From NCBI GenBank assembly GCA_965112155.1, contig OZ218098.1: DNA of 64,000 nt. One strand, written 5' to 3'. Shown here piece after piece: positions 25,255 through 37,581 of this stretch (positions are counted from its first letter, which is position 1; the number at the start of each line of letters is the position of its first letter). Source of the DNA: Podarcis liolepis (Eukaryota). Both the position numbers and the translations under genes were made by a program. Under the pieces are notes generated by a model. That model had not been told where the DNA came from, searched no databases, and worked only from the letters and a program-made list of their open reading frames with translations.

Positions 25255-25440
25255 GGGATGAACTGTAGCTCAGTAGTAAGGCATTAACTTTGGAGACAGA
25301 AAGTTCCAGGTTTAATCACCAGTTAAAAGTACTTCGGTAACAGGAAGATGTGAAAAACTTTGGATCAACAACTTTGAAAGCTACTGCCATTCAAAATATC
25401 CAATACTGGGCTAGATGCACTCAGTATAAGACAGTTTTCT
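25255..25440 (+). mobile_element. Degraded tRNA-derived SINE (Squam3-like)
   Basis: A-box-like gtagctcagtagta, decayed B box, ..gctactgccattc..aatactgggctagatg.. body; a reverse copy lies at ~50830-51000. Confidence 0.55.
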
Positions 25441-25843
25441 ATTTCACAAGGCTTTCCAATTAACAGCAGCATTGCTTTCTCTAGTGCAAACTCCTTAAAA
25501 GCAGTAAAACATTTTAAAAGATCCCAATAAAAAAATTCAAATAAAAGCCAAACACTTCTGGGTGACACACAAAGCATTTATGAACCTGCTCCTCCTTTGC
25601 CTGTTTACCATGTTTTGAGAGTAGGGAGCAGTTGTCTTGGCAACATTTGCATCACAATCTCCTAAGAGGAACAAGAAACACTAGATAGAGCTCCAACTTA
25701 GGGGTTGAGTCTTTCAGGAGAAATAATTATCCTTGAATTCAAGTCCAGGCAGATCTAATGTATGCCACCTCACCATTAGTCTTTCTTGGACCCAGAGAAC
25801 TGAGTGTAATGTTAAAGTTAAGAAATTTTAGCCTGCTCAGTAC

Positions 25844-25888
25844 CTGGAAAGGAGTGTTTGTGGGAATCCACTGTAAGTTACTGATTTC
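25844..25888 (-). other. ATG13: Probable ATG13 5' UTR exon (45 nt)
   Basis: ttttttaattcag|GAAATC...TTTCCAG|gtactg; mammalian ATG13 has a small non-coding exon at a similar position. Confidence 0.6.
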
Positions 25889-27839
25889 CTGAATTAAAAA
25901 ACAACAGCTACATGTAATAATAATTATAAATTATTTAACAACATTAGAAGAAAACTGACTATATAATATTTTGGGCCAGTAAGAATATGTTGCAGTATGG
26001 AGTGCTTCTGTATAGTGCTCCAGTAAGCCAAGCCTTCCTTCCTTACACTCCTGGCGTCACCCACCTCAGTCAATGTACTCAGCCTTCAATAGGCTGTTTT
26101 GACTCCCCTGCCTCAACCTAAAGATTTTTAGTACTTTTGCAAGCTGGGATACCCAGAAGCCTGCTGATATCTCTCTCTTGTGCATGCATGGTAATGTTTT
26201 GATTACATAAACACTGGCCCTTGGATAATTGAATTTGCTCTTAGTACAGATTCTATGATAGAAAGCATATGTCTATAAACTTGACAAGCCGGATCTCATT
26301 TTGTTCTGGAATGAAAATTAATTCTGTTACATCATGAACATATATTTCTAAATTTGGAGAAAATAATAAATATGATGTCCTAAAGACCTATGGTTCTCTT
26401 ATCCCCATTTATTCTGTTTCCTAAAATAGTGAGACAGCTTACCAGAATTCCCCATTTTGTACCTCCTGAGGGCTGCTTCCAGCGTGTCTAGTATAATATG
26501 TGTACCTACAACACTGCCCACTATGTGCAAGAACCATTTAATTCTGTTTGATTTGTGTGCTCTCTACAGATGTCATGAAAAGCCACGGCTGGCTCTGGGG
26601 TCCCTCAGTGAATGCAGCATACATGAAAATCAACTAGAGCAGACATAAAATTCTAACACTTTACAAGGAACCCTATTGGCAGATATAGCACACAGAGGCA
26701 TATGCCTTAATTCCTGTAAATATGAAGCAGCCCAATTTTAGGTTTTGTGATAGATTTTATTCTTGATAGGAACCAAACTATGATTACCAACTTTTTTATT
26801 CTTGTTGTTACAACAAACTGGAAGGCAGCAAACATTGATTAGTCCCTAAGTTAATATAAATTCTATGGGGAAAGAAATGAAGAAATGTAATTTTAAGGCA
26901 AATAAAAACATGTTTCTAAAATGCCTTTTCGCTTTTATTGAAATACAAAAAAGCCAGTGATTCTAACTAAACTATTTTTTGTTTATGTGAATGGCCTAGT
27001 TTTTCCATTACGCAATAGGTATTTTAAAGACCCAGAGCCACATTCCAATGCAGAGTTAGGCACACCAAGACTGAAATACTAAACATATTAACTAGAGAGA
27101 AAGTCCCACTCCTTGTAGCAGAATTGCACTGTTTTGGTTAAGATTTCAGTGAACTTAAGCATACTTGAATTTGTGTTGAATTGTGGCCCAAGAGATTGAA
27201 AATCCTCACATTATTTCAGTCACATTTTTGCCTGAAAGATTTAGAAATATCTCTAGATCAAAAGTCCATGAGGTCAGATCACATGATGAAGACAAAGTAT
27301 GCAGCATAAAGACTGGCAGCTTGATCCTCAAAGGAACACATGATGTAGAACTAGTTAGTGAAAATAGGTCCTGTGTTGCTGGAATCCTTTGAAGACTGTT
27401 GCTTTAAAGCAGCTTAATCAGTTATCAGCAGCAGATCTGAAACAACTTCAGTCAACAAAACTCCATTTTGGCAAGGTCATGAAATAAGTTACAGATATAT
27501 TCAAGCTCCCACATCACACATGCTAAGAAATTTAGTGGTGTAGCTGGGTTTAAACCCAAGGTCATGCACGTGCCACGTCATACGTTGACTACATCACATC
27601 CTCAAGGAGGTTTTATTTTCAGTACTCCTTAGGTTCTGAAAGGTTTGTCTAGAAATAAACAGTCCTCACAGCCCTATTTTCCTTACTACCCACAACTCTA
27701 TACAATCAGACTGTGATCCGCTGCTCTCCCCACCCCTACCTTCTCTGTGGGAGCAGTCCCATCACCCTACCCCAGCAGAAGCCTAGTCGAAACCCATCAA
27801 ATTATGTGCATCTGAGGTGCGGGGGGGGGGGGGATTACC

Positions 27840-29100
27840 TGCGGGAAGAAGGCTGAGGTGATGGCTCGGGGTCTCATTCCGGGGACGAGCCCGGAGGCTA
27901 TCCTAGCCCCTCCTCATGGTCAGACCCAGTGGGCCTCTCCGAAATCCTCGCGGCCGGTTTCGACTCGAAGGGCTGGAAGGGGCCGCCCTCGCCGCCTCCT
28001 GTGGCTTCTTTCCTTGGAGAGGAGACGTGGCAGTGAACGTCCTTTGCTGGGTCACCTCAGGAACCCCAATGGGGGCTCGCAGCACCAAGACCCCTCCGGC
28101 CCCGCAGACTTGAGGGCCGCCCGCCTCTCGTTTCCCTTCTTCCTGGCGCACCTTTCGCGCTCGGCTCCGCTGCCCAATTCCCGCGCGGGACAAGGCTTTT
28201 TCCTCAGCCCCCGTCTGGGAATATGGCGGGGGTGGGGGTGCGCGTAGATTCGTAGCCCAAGCCTGCGGGAAAACAGGGCCTGCTGGGGGGAAGGCCTGTT
28301 GAGACCTTTGGCCCCGAGGCGGGTGACCAATATCCGGCCTCCACTCGCCGCTGCCCAGTGCTTGGTCCAGCCCAGGGAAGGGGTTGGGAATGCCCGAGGC
28401 TGGCTGGCCCGCGTACGAGTGGAGTCTCCGCTTGCGCCGCCCCTTCGAGGAAGGCTCTGAGGAACCGGCGCCGGCCTTCGAGGAGAAGTCGCTCAGTCTG
28501 CTGGCCCTACGAGCCGACCTGCCCGTCGTCGCAGGTTACACATCCAGAGTGTCCCTCACGGCCGCAGACTCCCCCTGCAGCCGCCGCCACCGCCGCCATT
28601 GCTGCTGTTTGTTTTCATCCGTTTAGGGCGAGCGGGGAACGCTGACTCCGCATCCGCCGCGGCACTTTCCACAGAGACGAGGACCCGCCTCCCGTTATCA
28701 GCGACGCCCCCCCGCCCCAATGGGCCAGCCCACAGCCGTTAAGTATCGGCGGGAGGCGGGAATGCCCACCTCGGAGGCTTAAAGGGTTGAAGGGCCGGTC
28801 TCGTGAGGAATCTGCGATTGGGAATGAACAGGCCGGGCGTCGTGAGAGGGACTTGGAGCTCCGCCTCGGGATCCTGGTGCTGGGAAGGGACTTCGGGACA
28901 GGCTCCCCTTGCGCTACCGCGGTAAATCGAGGGCCCGGCGGAGAGGGAGGTGTGGACGCATAGACGCGCCGCCAAACATGCTTATATCCTGCGCTTTCAG
29001 TCTTCCGCCAAGCGCAGCCCCCTCTCCCGCTTCCGTCCTCCCTGGAAGACCCCCTTGCGCCCCCCCCCCCAGTCTTCTCCCCGCTTCTCTAGGGAGGAAC
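27840..29100. promoter_or_regulatory. CpG island; bidirectional ATG13/HARBI1 promoter with non-coding first exons
   Basis: Sharp rise in GC and CpG; GC box plus CCAAT at ~28710-28721; YY1-like CCGCCATT 28593-28600; forkhead-like TGTTTGTTTT 28606-28615. Candidate donors: - strand CAG|GTAATC at 27839, + strand GCG|GTAAAT at 28921. Confidence 0.85.
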
Positions 29101-29113
29101 TTGTAGTCCCCCA

Positions 29114-29466
29114 CAGGGCCGGAATAAGGTTTGATGAGGCCCTAAGCTACTGAAGGTAATGGGGCCCTTTATATGTCCGGCTGTCCTTTGTCAACAACAA
29201 ATTGCCGCTGTTTTTTGTGTTGAATACTGTATATACTATATGGTAATTTATGGACCTAATAGGTATCTAAAGCCGTTTGCACATAACAAATAGGAGCCTA
29301 CACAACACAAAATACTGTTGCTGTATGTAGGTTTTATTTTATTTGTTTTTTATCTTATATTTTGGAAATGTACATCCATTTTTTTTCCTTTAAATTTTTT
29401 TGGGACCCCCAAGAGAGTGGAGCCCTAAGCTATAACTTGTTTAGCTTATACGTAAATCTGGCACTG
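29114..29466. mobile_element. hAT-type non-autonomous transposon (353 bp) nested in an older MITE
   Basis: Imperfect TIR cagggccggaat / cagtgccagatt and 8-bp TSD gtccccca/gtccacca. Confidence 0.8.
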
Positions 29467-30326
29467 GTCCACCAGATGGTGTTGCACTACCATTGCCACC
29501 ATTGGCCATGCTGGCCGGTGCTGATGGGGAGAGTTGGAGCGGGTGAGATTTCCCACAACTACTGTTGGGTTACCCTGCTGCATGTTCCGCTTTCACAGCA
29601 TCCTCCAATAAGGCAAATTCATGCCCCTTTCGCAGAGACCTGCCTGCTTTTCAGCTCTCTTTTGCAGTTCCTGCTTCATCAGGTGCTCTTCACTTCCCAC
29701 CACAAACAGTTTAATGCCTCGTTGCCATTCTTCTCCCTCTCTTTTACCCCTTCCGTCATTCATGCTTTGGGTCCTTTAGGAAAGTCATTCCTGGTGGCTC
29801 CACCGAGAAGCATGAATGAAACCTTGAAAGTGACACATGAGAACCCAGCTGGATTAGACCACAGGCCCATTTGATTCTGTATTGTGCTCTCACACAGTGA
29901 CTAACCAGATGCCTGGAGATGGCCTCCTTCTTTGGGTGCACTATATTCTTCAAACATAGTCTTGAGTGTCAGACGTGTATTTTGCTGCACAAAGGTTATT
30001 GCATGTTTTTGTAGACATACTCATATAGATGTGTCTCATGTATGTTAAAAGACAAAACATTGCATTCTCAGACATTGATAATGATGCTACATTTCCTCCT
30101 AAATCTATTTATCTCAAAATGATGATAGGGATATTAATGACATATCAGTTACAACAGTTAATTGTGGGCTTAACAACTAGCTGCTAAATACCAGGAATAA
30201 TTTTTTTAAGTAGACATATTGCCTCAGCTGTTACTGAGACAAAATAATATATTACACATATGTCAGTTGCAACTACTTTTGTATTCATCGCTGGAAAAAG
30301 GAAAGCATTTATCTTTTAGTCTCTTG

Positions 30327-30495
30327 GCTGGAATCTACACACATTTAGAAAACACTATGAAAATGCTTTTTTTAAAAAAGTTTTGAAAAACACATTGAAT
30401 TTGGCATAGCTCACTCTCGCCATCTAGTGTCACATTTGTATATTGCACTCTACAACACATTTAAAATATTTTATTTGCAGCTGTGTAGCTGAGTC
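30327..30495. mobile_element. Harbinger/PIF-like MITE with CTCF-like motif, copy 1
   Basis: Ends ..atctacac / gtgtagctgagtc, possible 3-bp TSD ttg; related to 37582-37756. Confidence 0.5.
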
Positions 30496-32452
30496 TTGGT
30501 AGCAGAGTCTGTATGTATGCTGGCACGTCTTCTGAATTGGTTTATTGACGTAGGTAAAACCTGCCTTGTTTTTGACAACTTGCCTGGTACTCATGGGTGA
30601 CCAGGAAATTCATGTAGGTGAATGAACAGGTTGGTGGAGAAGGAGTGGGTTACTTGGTTTCCTTTATGCCACTCCACTTGGTTTCTTTGCTAGCCAGGCA
30701 GGAAGGAAAGCCTATTCTTTCATAACCACGAAATAGGCTAGTGAAGGAGGAGCAGATATACCCTTCCTTCCTACATGCCCTTTCACTTAGCCAGCTGGTT
30801 AAAAAAGCTGCCTTCTAAGAGTCTAGTAGCTTGCATTTTCATGTTGGCCACAGAAGAGGGGACTTTCCCTCCTCCATGGCCACCATGGCAACACAGACTT
30901 CTGGCTTCTTAGTAAGCTGTGGTGGTGAGCTAATTACTTTTGTGGGCTTATTTTCAATGATGGCTAATACTAGGTAATCCCTCAGTTGTTTGGGGGAATT
31001 CACACCTTTGGTATCAGATGTTCATAGAGGAACCAGACCAGATTCAATCCATTGGTTTTTGGTTTTTATTATTATTAAATTGTTAATCTTGTGAGTGCAC
31101 AATAACACAACTATTATGAGAGAAGGGGATGACAATCAAGCATTGTCCATACATTCAGAGGGACAGAATGTTATGTTTATGTAATGCAACACATGGGTAT
31201 ATGAAGAGGGGGAAATGCTTATTACATACAGGAATGAGGAGATAATGCAAACTATTAACATTTTGGCTCTTTCCAGCAATGGACTCCAACTGAGAACAGA
31301 AAAATTCTCTTGTAGAGATGCTACCCTAAACTTATAGGCTATATCTGATACCAAAGTGCCCCTTACATTGCTATTTAATTAGATACCTACCTGCCTCCTT
31401 TGTATTATAACTACTGGGAGTCACTGGTAGACATTAAAAAACAGGATACAAGAAATACAGTATTACTTTGTTGAAACTTTGATTTTGCAAGATTGGAACT
31501 CCTTGGTTCTCAGGACAGCTCCTTGCCACTAGAATATGACTGACTTGCTTAACAATGGAAAAGAGTGGTTGGGTGAAGCATCCCTGTTTATATAACTTGT
31601 TCTTCTTAGGCACATAATTTCAGTACATTTATCAACTCCAGTTGTTCCAGAATTCTAGATTTTGTGTGCACTTGGACAAACAGAAAAAATATCCTTGAGG
31701 GACAGCACAGCTTATTAACAAGCATTAGAACAAAGCAACTCTTTGTTTTTCAGTGCTGCACGTTTCTAAAAATATCACCAGCTTAAGTTTTGCCAATTCA
31801 CACCCTCATGCCTCATACAGCCAATTAATTTTAATGCAGTAACACATAAAGAAAGAAATTTTCCTAGTCTTGTTTAACCGGTTCAGAGAGAGAATGTAAA
31901 CATAGCACTAATTTATTGTGAAATATGTACTCAACAGTTCCAATTTTGCGTATGACCCAAGGTCAGTACTAATTGTGCATTCTTGCTTTCTCAAGAATGT
32001 CCCATGACCCTGTGTGAAATTATATACAGCTCCAAAAAAAATTCCACTGGAAATTTCCCAGAACTACGACCATGATTCATTGGCTCTTTCATTGAAATTA
32101 ATAGCAGAATCCCATGGAGATAATATTGTCAGCTTTTCTGGTAGAATGTTATCTGGTAGGACTCAGCCATGTTAATAGGACTGTGGGAAAGTTTTCTATA
32201 TTTCTTTTCCTTGTGTTCTCAGTTGTCTGATCTGGTCTCATAGCAATTAGTGTAAATGCCAAGTTAAATTAAAGTGTACATTTGTAAACTAATTTCAAAA
32301 CCCTATTTACTTAAGCCAATAGGTTTATTTGTGTGTAATTAGTATGAAATTGACAGTAGAGTCAAGTAGGCTGTTAGGATCCATGTCCTCAATTTTCCTT
32401 TTTTTTTTTGGCTCCAATGTAGGTGAGTAGAGAGAAGAAAGATCAACCCCTC

Positions 32453-33122
32453 ATGGCTGTTCCCATAGCCATTCTTGATTGTGATCTCTTGCTATATGGT
32501 CGTGGGCATAGAACACTTGATCGTTTCAAACTGGAGGATGTGACGGATGAATATCTGGTGTCTATGTATGGCTTCCCACGTCACTTCATTTACTATCTGG
32601 TGGATCTTCTGGGTGCCAGCCTTTCTCGTCCTACACAACGATCAAGGGCCATTAGCCCAGAGACGCAAATTCTTGCTGCATTAGGTTTTTACACTTCTGG
32701 TTCTTTCCAGACTCGCATGGGAGATGCCATTGGCATCAGCCAGGCCTCTATGAGCCGTTGTGTTGCCAATGTTACTGAGGCCCTGGTGGAGAGGGCATCT
32801 CAGTTCATTCATTTCCCAGATGATGAAGTGTCGGTGCAGCATCTGAAAGATGACTTTTATGGGCTGGCAGGTATGCCAGGGGTACTAGGACTAGTTGATT
32901 GCAACCATGTCGCAATAAAGGCACCCAGTGCTGAGGACTTGTCATATGTGAATAGAAAGGGCCTTCATTCTTTAAACTGCCTGCTGGTTTGTGACGCCAG
33001 GGGAATGCTACTGAGTGCGGAAACACACTGGCCAGGCAGCTTGCAGGACTGTGCTGTGCTGCAGCAGTCAGCCCTCAGGAACCAGTTTGAAGCTGGCATG
33101 CACAAAGATGGCTGGCTACTTG
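32453..33122 (+). CDS. HARBI1: HARBI1 coding exon 1 (Harbinger transposase-derived nuclease, aa 1-223); exon probably begins at 32423
   Basis: [25 protein letters not shown]... matches HARBI1; 670 nt, G|GTAAGT donor; D149 and D199 present. Confidence 0.97.
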
Positions 33123-33296
33123 GTAAGTTCTTTCTCATGACTGGCATCTTTGAAAGTCTATTTTGGTGGAATTTCTGTTTGGTTCTGTGACATGCCACAT
33201 AACAGTTATGTGTCAAAACTGCAGATTTTACAGTTCTCCCTCTATAAAGATAAATCAAACAAAGCTAGCATGAAACAGAATAATAGGGTAGCATAA

Positions 33297-33698
33297 AACA
33301 TAGAATCTTAGAGTTGGAAGGGACCCCAAGGGTCATCTAGCCCAACCCCTTGCAATGCAGGAACCTCTGCAAAAGCATCAGTGACAGATGGCCATCCAAC
33401 CTTTGAGTCCACCACTTCTCATGGTCAACAGCTCTGACTGTCAGAAAGTTTTACCAAATGTTTAGTCTGAATCTCCTTCCTTGCAACTTGAAGCCATTGG
33501 TTCGAGTCCTACCCTCCAGAGCAGGAGAAAACAAGCACGCTCCCTCCTCCATGTGACAGCCCTTAAGATATTTGAAGACGGTTATCATATCAGTCTCCTC
33601 TCAGTCTCCTCTTTTCCAGGCTAAACATACCCAGCTCCTTCAAGCGCTCTTCATAAGGCTTAGTTTCCAGACTCTTGCTCATCTTGGTTGCCCTCCTG
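33297..33698 (-). mobile_element. CR1 LINE 3' fragment in the HARBI1 intron
   Basis: Encodes [32 protein letters not shown] (CR1 ORF2 C-terminus); CR1 terminal repeat at the left end. Confidence 0.9.
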
Positions 33699-33820
33699 AC
33701 TTCATACACATTTCTGGCATCATATAGATGCCTGGTTTTATTATCAGGTGGTGGAATTATTTTCACTCTCCTGTCCCTGTTTGGTTTGTGATCTTTCTTT
33801 CTTTCTTTTTCTTTTGACAG

Positions 33821-34197
33821 GTGATAGTTCATTCTTTCTTCGCACTTGGCTAATGACCCCTCTGCATATTCCTGAAACGCCTGCAGAGTGCCGGTATAAC
33901 ATGGCACATTCAGCCACTCACAATGTCATTGAACGTACATTCAGGACAATTCGGTCCCACTTCCGTTGTCTGGATGGGTCAAAGGGCACGTTGCAGTATT
34001 CTCCCGAGAAGGCCAGCCACATCATTCTGGCTTGCTGCGTGCTTCATAACATTTCTCTAGAGCATGGACTGGATGTGTGGTCTTCCCAAACGATGGGACA
34101 GATGGAACAGCCAGAGGAAGAATATGAACATATGGAATCACTTGACTCTGAAGCTGATCGAGTTCGTCAGGAATTATTACTCACTCATTTTAGCTAA
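33821..34197 (+). CDS. HARBI1: HARBI1 last coding exon ([15 protein letters not shown]...QELLLTHFS*)
   Basis: 377 nt, phase 1; total 1047 nt = 348 aa; D225 and E261 present. Confidence 0.97.
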
Positions 34198-34515
34198 CAT
34201 TACAAGACATACTAAGTTGGACATATTAAATGACATGCAAACATTTATGATAGATCCTGATTTTCCTCTTACATTCAGCAAGAGAAATAAATGGGGATGC
34301 AACTATTGAAATTGAAATTTTGTGTTTGTATAATATTTTGCATTTACTATTTTGGTTTCATTGTGCACATTGCATCTGATTCCGTCAGTACTCAGTATTT
34401 CAGTACCTGCTGCTTTTTAGTGTCCAGCCTTATTGGAGGACCATTTATCAAGGACAATATGATATGGGAGGAATGCATATTCAGTTTAATATTGTATTTT
34501 TAAGTATTTAAAAAT

Positions 34516-34521
34516 AATAAA
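34516..34521 (+). terminator. HARBI1: HARBI1 polyadenylation signal (a proximal candidate lies at 34286-34291)
   Basis: AATAAA followed by GT-rich sequence. Confidence 0.55.
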
Positions 34522-35179
34522 ATGTATTTTGTGTATGGTGTAACAGATTCGGAACACTTTTGTTTCAGTTATTAACTGAAGTTCGCCCATATTGGTCTGT
34601 ACAGACACAGCAGGTGCTGTAATTCACCCAACAGTTTAACTTTACCCTTGATGGTGCACTTTTCCATTGTCTCTTGAGACAGACGAATGCCAACTAACTA
34701 AACTGTAAAGGCGGCTTAAACATGGTTAAAAATAGAAGCATTCCTCTTTTTTTGCTTGGTAACTTATCACTCTTGTCTACCTTTTTTCATCCAACAGCAA
34801 CTGGATTTGTGTAACGGGATTTGTGTAAAGGGATGTTGTTATTACATAGATTGAGGCAGGAGGGAAGGAATGGTCTATTTTGTTGTCCCAGTTACAAAAT
34901 GGGAAAATAGCCAACATTGAAATGGACATGTAATTCCTGAGTCATCAAGAATGAGAGGTCAGAGCAAAAATAGCCTCAACAAATCTACAAAAATATTCCC
35001 TATGATCAAATATCCTTATTTCTGCCCAATGTACGAACACAAATCTATGTAAAGTCTTAGTAAACATTAACCTAGAGATTAACCTCTCCCTGTGAGTGTA
35101 AGAAAGGTTTATTGTAGAGACCCCTACATTCTTCACAGAGACTTGCACCCCATGGAGTCTATGTTGGTGTCAGATTACG

Positions 35180-36300
35180 GAGTCTTTTTCTTTGGCCATC
35201 ACTCATAACCGAGTAAGATTGTCTTCCATAAACACGGTTTTTGTTTTTTATAACAATTTATTAATTTTCCAAAAAGAACATAAGAAATAAACATAAAAAC
35301 AACAATGTATAATGGAGAAAAAAGCCATCATAATCAAAAAATTTAAACCATTATTTTTGCTTGACTTCCCTCCCTCCCCCTCTTGGTTTCATTGTTTAAT
35401 ACTTGTTCGTGCACGTCCTTATAACCTTATAATCTTAATAATTCAACTTTTAAACTTTGTTCATCTTAATACAAGTGAGTTTTAAAAGTTATACTAACGT
35501 GAAAGTCTGTACACAAAGCTTAAAAGATGAGCATTAAACCTTTACCCCTTTTTTATTATTCAAAGTCCTCTTTCTGTCTTGGGTTCTACATTAACTAGTT
35601 TATCCTGTATAGTTCAATAGTTTAGTTTACCAGTCTTGTTCGTCTTCTTTAACGGAGGCTTATTCCTTCTGTAGGGGCTGGCTGGTCTTGGCCTGGCGTC
35701 CAGTCTTGCATACAGGAACAATGTCTTTTGTTCAATAAGTCCAACAAGTTCTGTACATCTCCATGTCATAACTTCAGTTTTTTTAACAACAATCATTTTC
35801 CAATTTGTTTTCATATCTTTATATGTCTTATCCCAGGCTTTTTAAATGATTTTACATTGCCACCACATATAATAACCTTTTATGCTTTTTGTTCTCCCTT
35901 TTAGTTTTTTCTTTATCACAGTCAAAGCCTCTTCACACAGGGTATCATTTTTATATTGGACCAAGTCATAGGCCTCCCAAATCAATTCACACAAGGTGTA
36001 ATTAACTCATAAACACGGTTTTAACAGTGAGTCCATAAGGGACTGTAGAGGCCATTTCTGGATCTACATGTCCTTCCACAGCGGGGACATAGGTTTCCAG
36101 GCAGGAGTTGATCACTGTGAGCGTTTGCCAAGTGTGCCTTCCTCTTAGCATGTTTCTCCCTTTCGTCCTGAGTTCAAGTGTCTTCAAAGCCCATGACACC
36201 TTTTGTAAAGGCTGTTCTCCAGCTGGAGTGCTTGCAGGCCAGTGTTTCCCAGCTGTTGGTGTTTATGGTTTCCAGTGATGGGTTAAGGATTTGGTTCCAG
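35180..36300 (-). mobile_element. RTE-clade LINE 3' fragment, split by the insertion at 35242-36007
   Basis: The sequence reads through once the insert and one TSD are removed; resembles lizard RTE 3' ends (family call from memory); outer boundaries approximate. Confidence 0.65.
35242..36007 (-). mobile_element. L1/Tx1-type LINE 3' fragment nested in the RTE element
   Basis: 15-bp TSD cataaacacggtttt (35227-35241 and 36008-36022); T-rich tail and AATAAA on - strand; decayed ORF2 C-terminal motif YMWWQCK. Confidence 0.8.
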
Positions 36301-37581
36301 AACCCTTTTTCCATTCTTAACTACTTCTACCCCAGGTGAGGCCCTGGCCTGGAAAAGAAGTCCTGATGTCACTCCATGCCCAGCTCTGTACCCAATCTCA
36401 ACAAACCTGAGGTGGTGCAAAGAGCCTTGGCCCCTTAAAGCCAGTGCCTATGATGGGAATAAATTATTACCTGCTTACAGTATTTGCCCTGCTCTAGATT
36501 CCATTTCAAACAGTGTAAGTCAATGCATGTCTACTCGGAAGTAGAGTTCACTGGGACTTACTGCCAGGAAGATGTACCTATGATAATTGGTTCCCAGTCT
36601 TGGTAATGCTGCAGCTGGATCTAACTGTGCCAAATATTTAGAAAGCTAGGAACCATGGTGAGGAAGAGCTTTTTGAACTCATTTGTAGAAAAATTGACTC
36701 CATATTCAAAAATTTATTTTACAAGATATGTAAAGTACTTCTGTAATTTTAATTGTTTGCTATGGTATTTGAGAACATGCAGCAATGTTAGGATGTGCTG
36801 CTGTAACTCTGAATGAATGTTTGTCAGGCTAGGATTTAGGCAACAATGCTAATATATGCTAAACTCAGAAACCAGATTGAGGCAAAACTCAGGGACAGAC
36901 TTTGGTAATCTGTTGTAACGTGGTACCTTGGGTGAGGACAAAATTTGGTGCCATTCAAAATGGATCTTCTCAGTTATGGATCTTCTCATTTTTTCTCCCC
37001 CTCGGCTTGGTGCCCTGTGCAGGGGGAATCACCCACACCACCCTAAATCTGGTGCTGCAAAACTGATTAGAAACGAGAGGGCCTTATGAAACTCAGACAC
37101 CTACATGTACAATATATTGTTGCACAAGCAGGTGATGCAGGACCTTCATTAAGTACCTGTCCTTAATTATATTTGTGTTGTAATTATGATGCATAGCTCC
37201 TGGTGAGATCATGGCAGAGCTGTCAGTGACTCTGAGAACTAAGAGGAATAGATGGGAAAAGATGGGAAAAGCAAGCCTAAAGAGAGCCTAGTCTTAATGC
37301 AATCCTAACTTTGTCTACTCAAAGAAAGTCCTATTGAATTCAATGGGGTTTACCCCCAGGTAAAAGGGGTTATGAATGCAGCTGTTGCACAGGAAGTAGT
37401 ACATTTTGCTTTGTGAGTTGTTGAATACAAGCATTTGCTTCTTGTGCCTTTTCTTAGTTTATTAGCAGAACTAATATCCTCAGACACATCAAGAAAGTCA
37501 TGCAGCACAACCTTATATAGGCTTACTCAGAAGTAAATCACAATGTGGTAGCAGTAGGAGGCCTCTTAAATCTCTGTTTCA

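Noticed and set aside
25255-25330. tRNA-like sequence
   Set aside because: Decayed SINE head; no cloverleaf can be formed.
27858-29153. Many 60-130 aa ORFs on both strands
   Set aside because: Stop-poor CpG island sequence; low-complexity R/P/G/A translations with no recognisable family.
29362-29874. 170-aa ORF
   Set aside because: Crosses MITE boundaries, has a non-ATG start and shows no protein-like motifs.
32423-34197. HARBI1 as an active Harbinger transposon
   Set aside because: Near-identical to the single-copy vertebrate gene, with conserved intron position and synteny, and no partner Myb-like ORF in the window.
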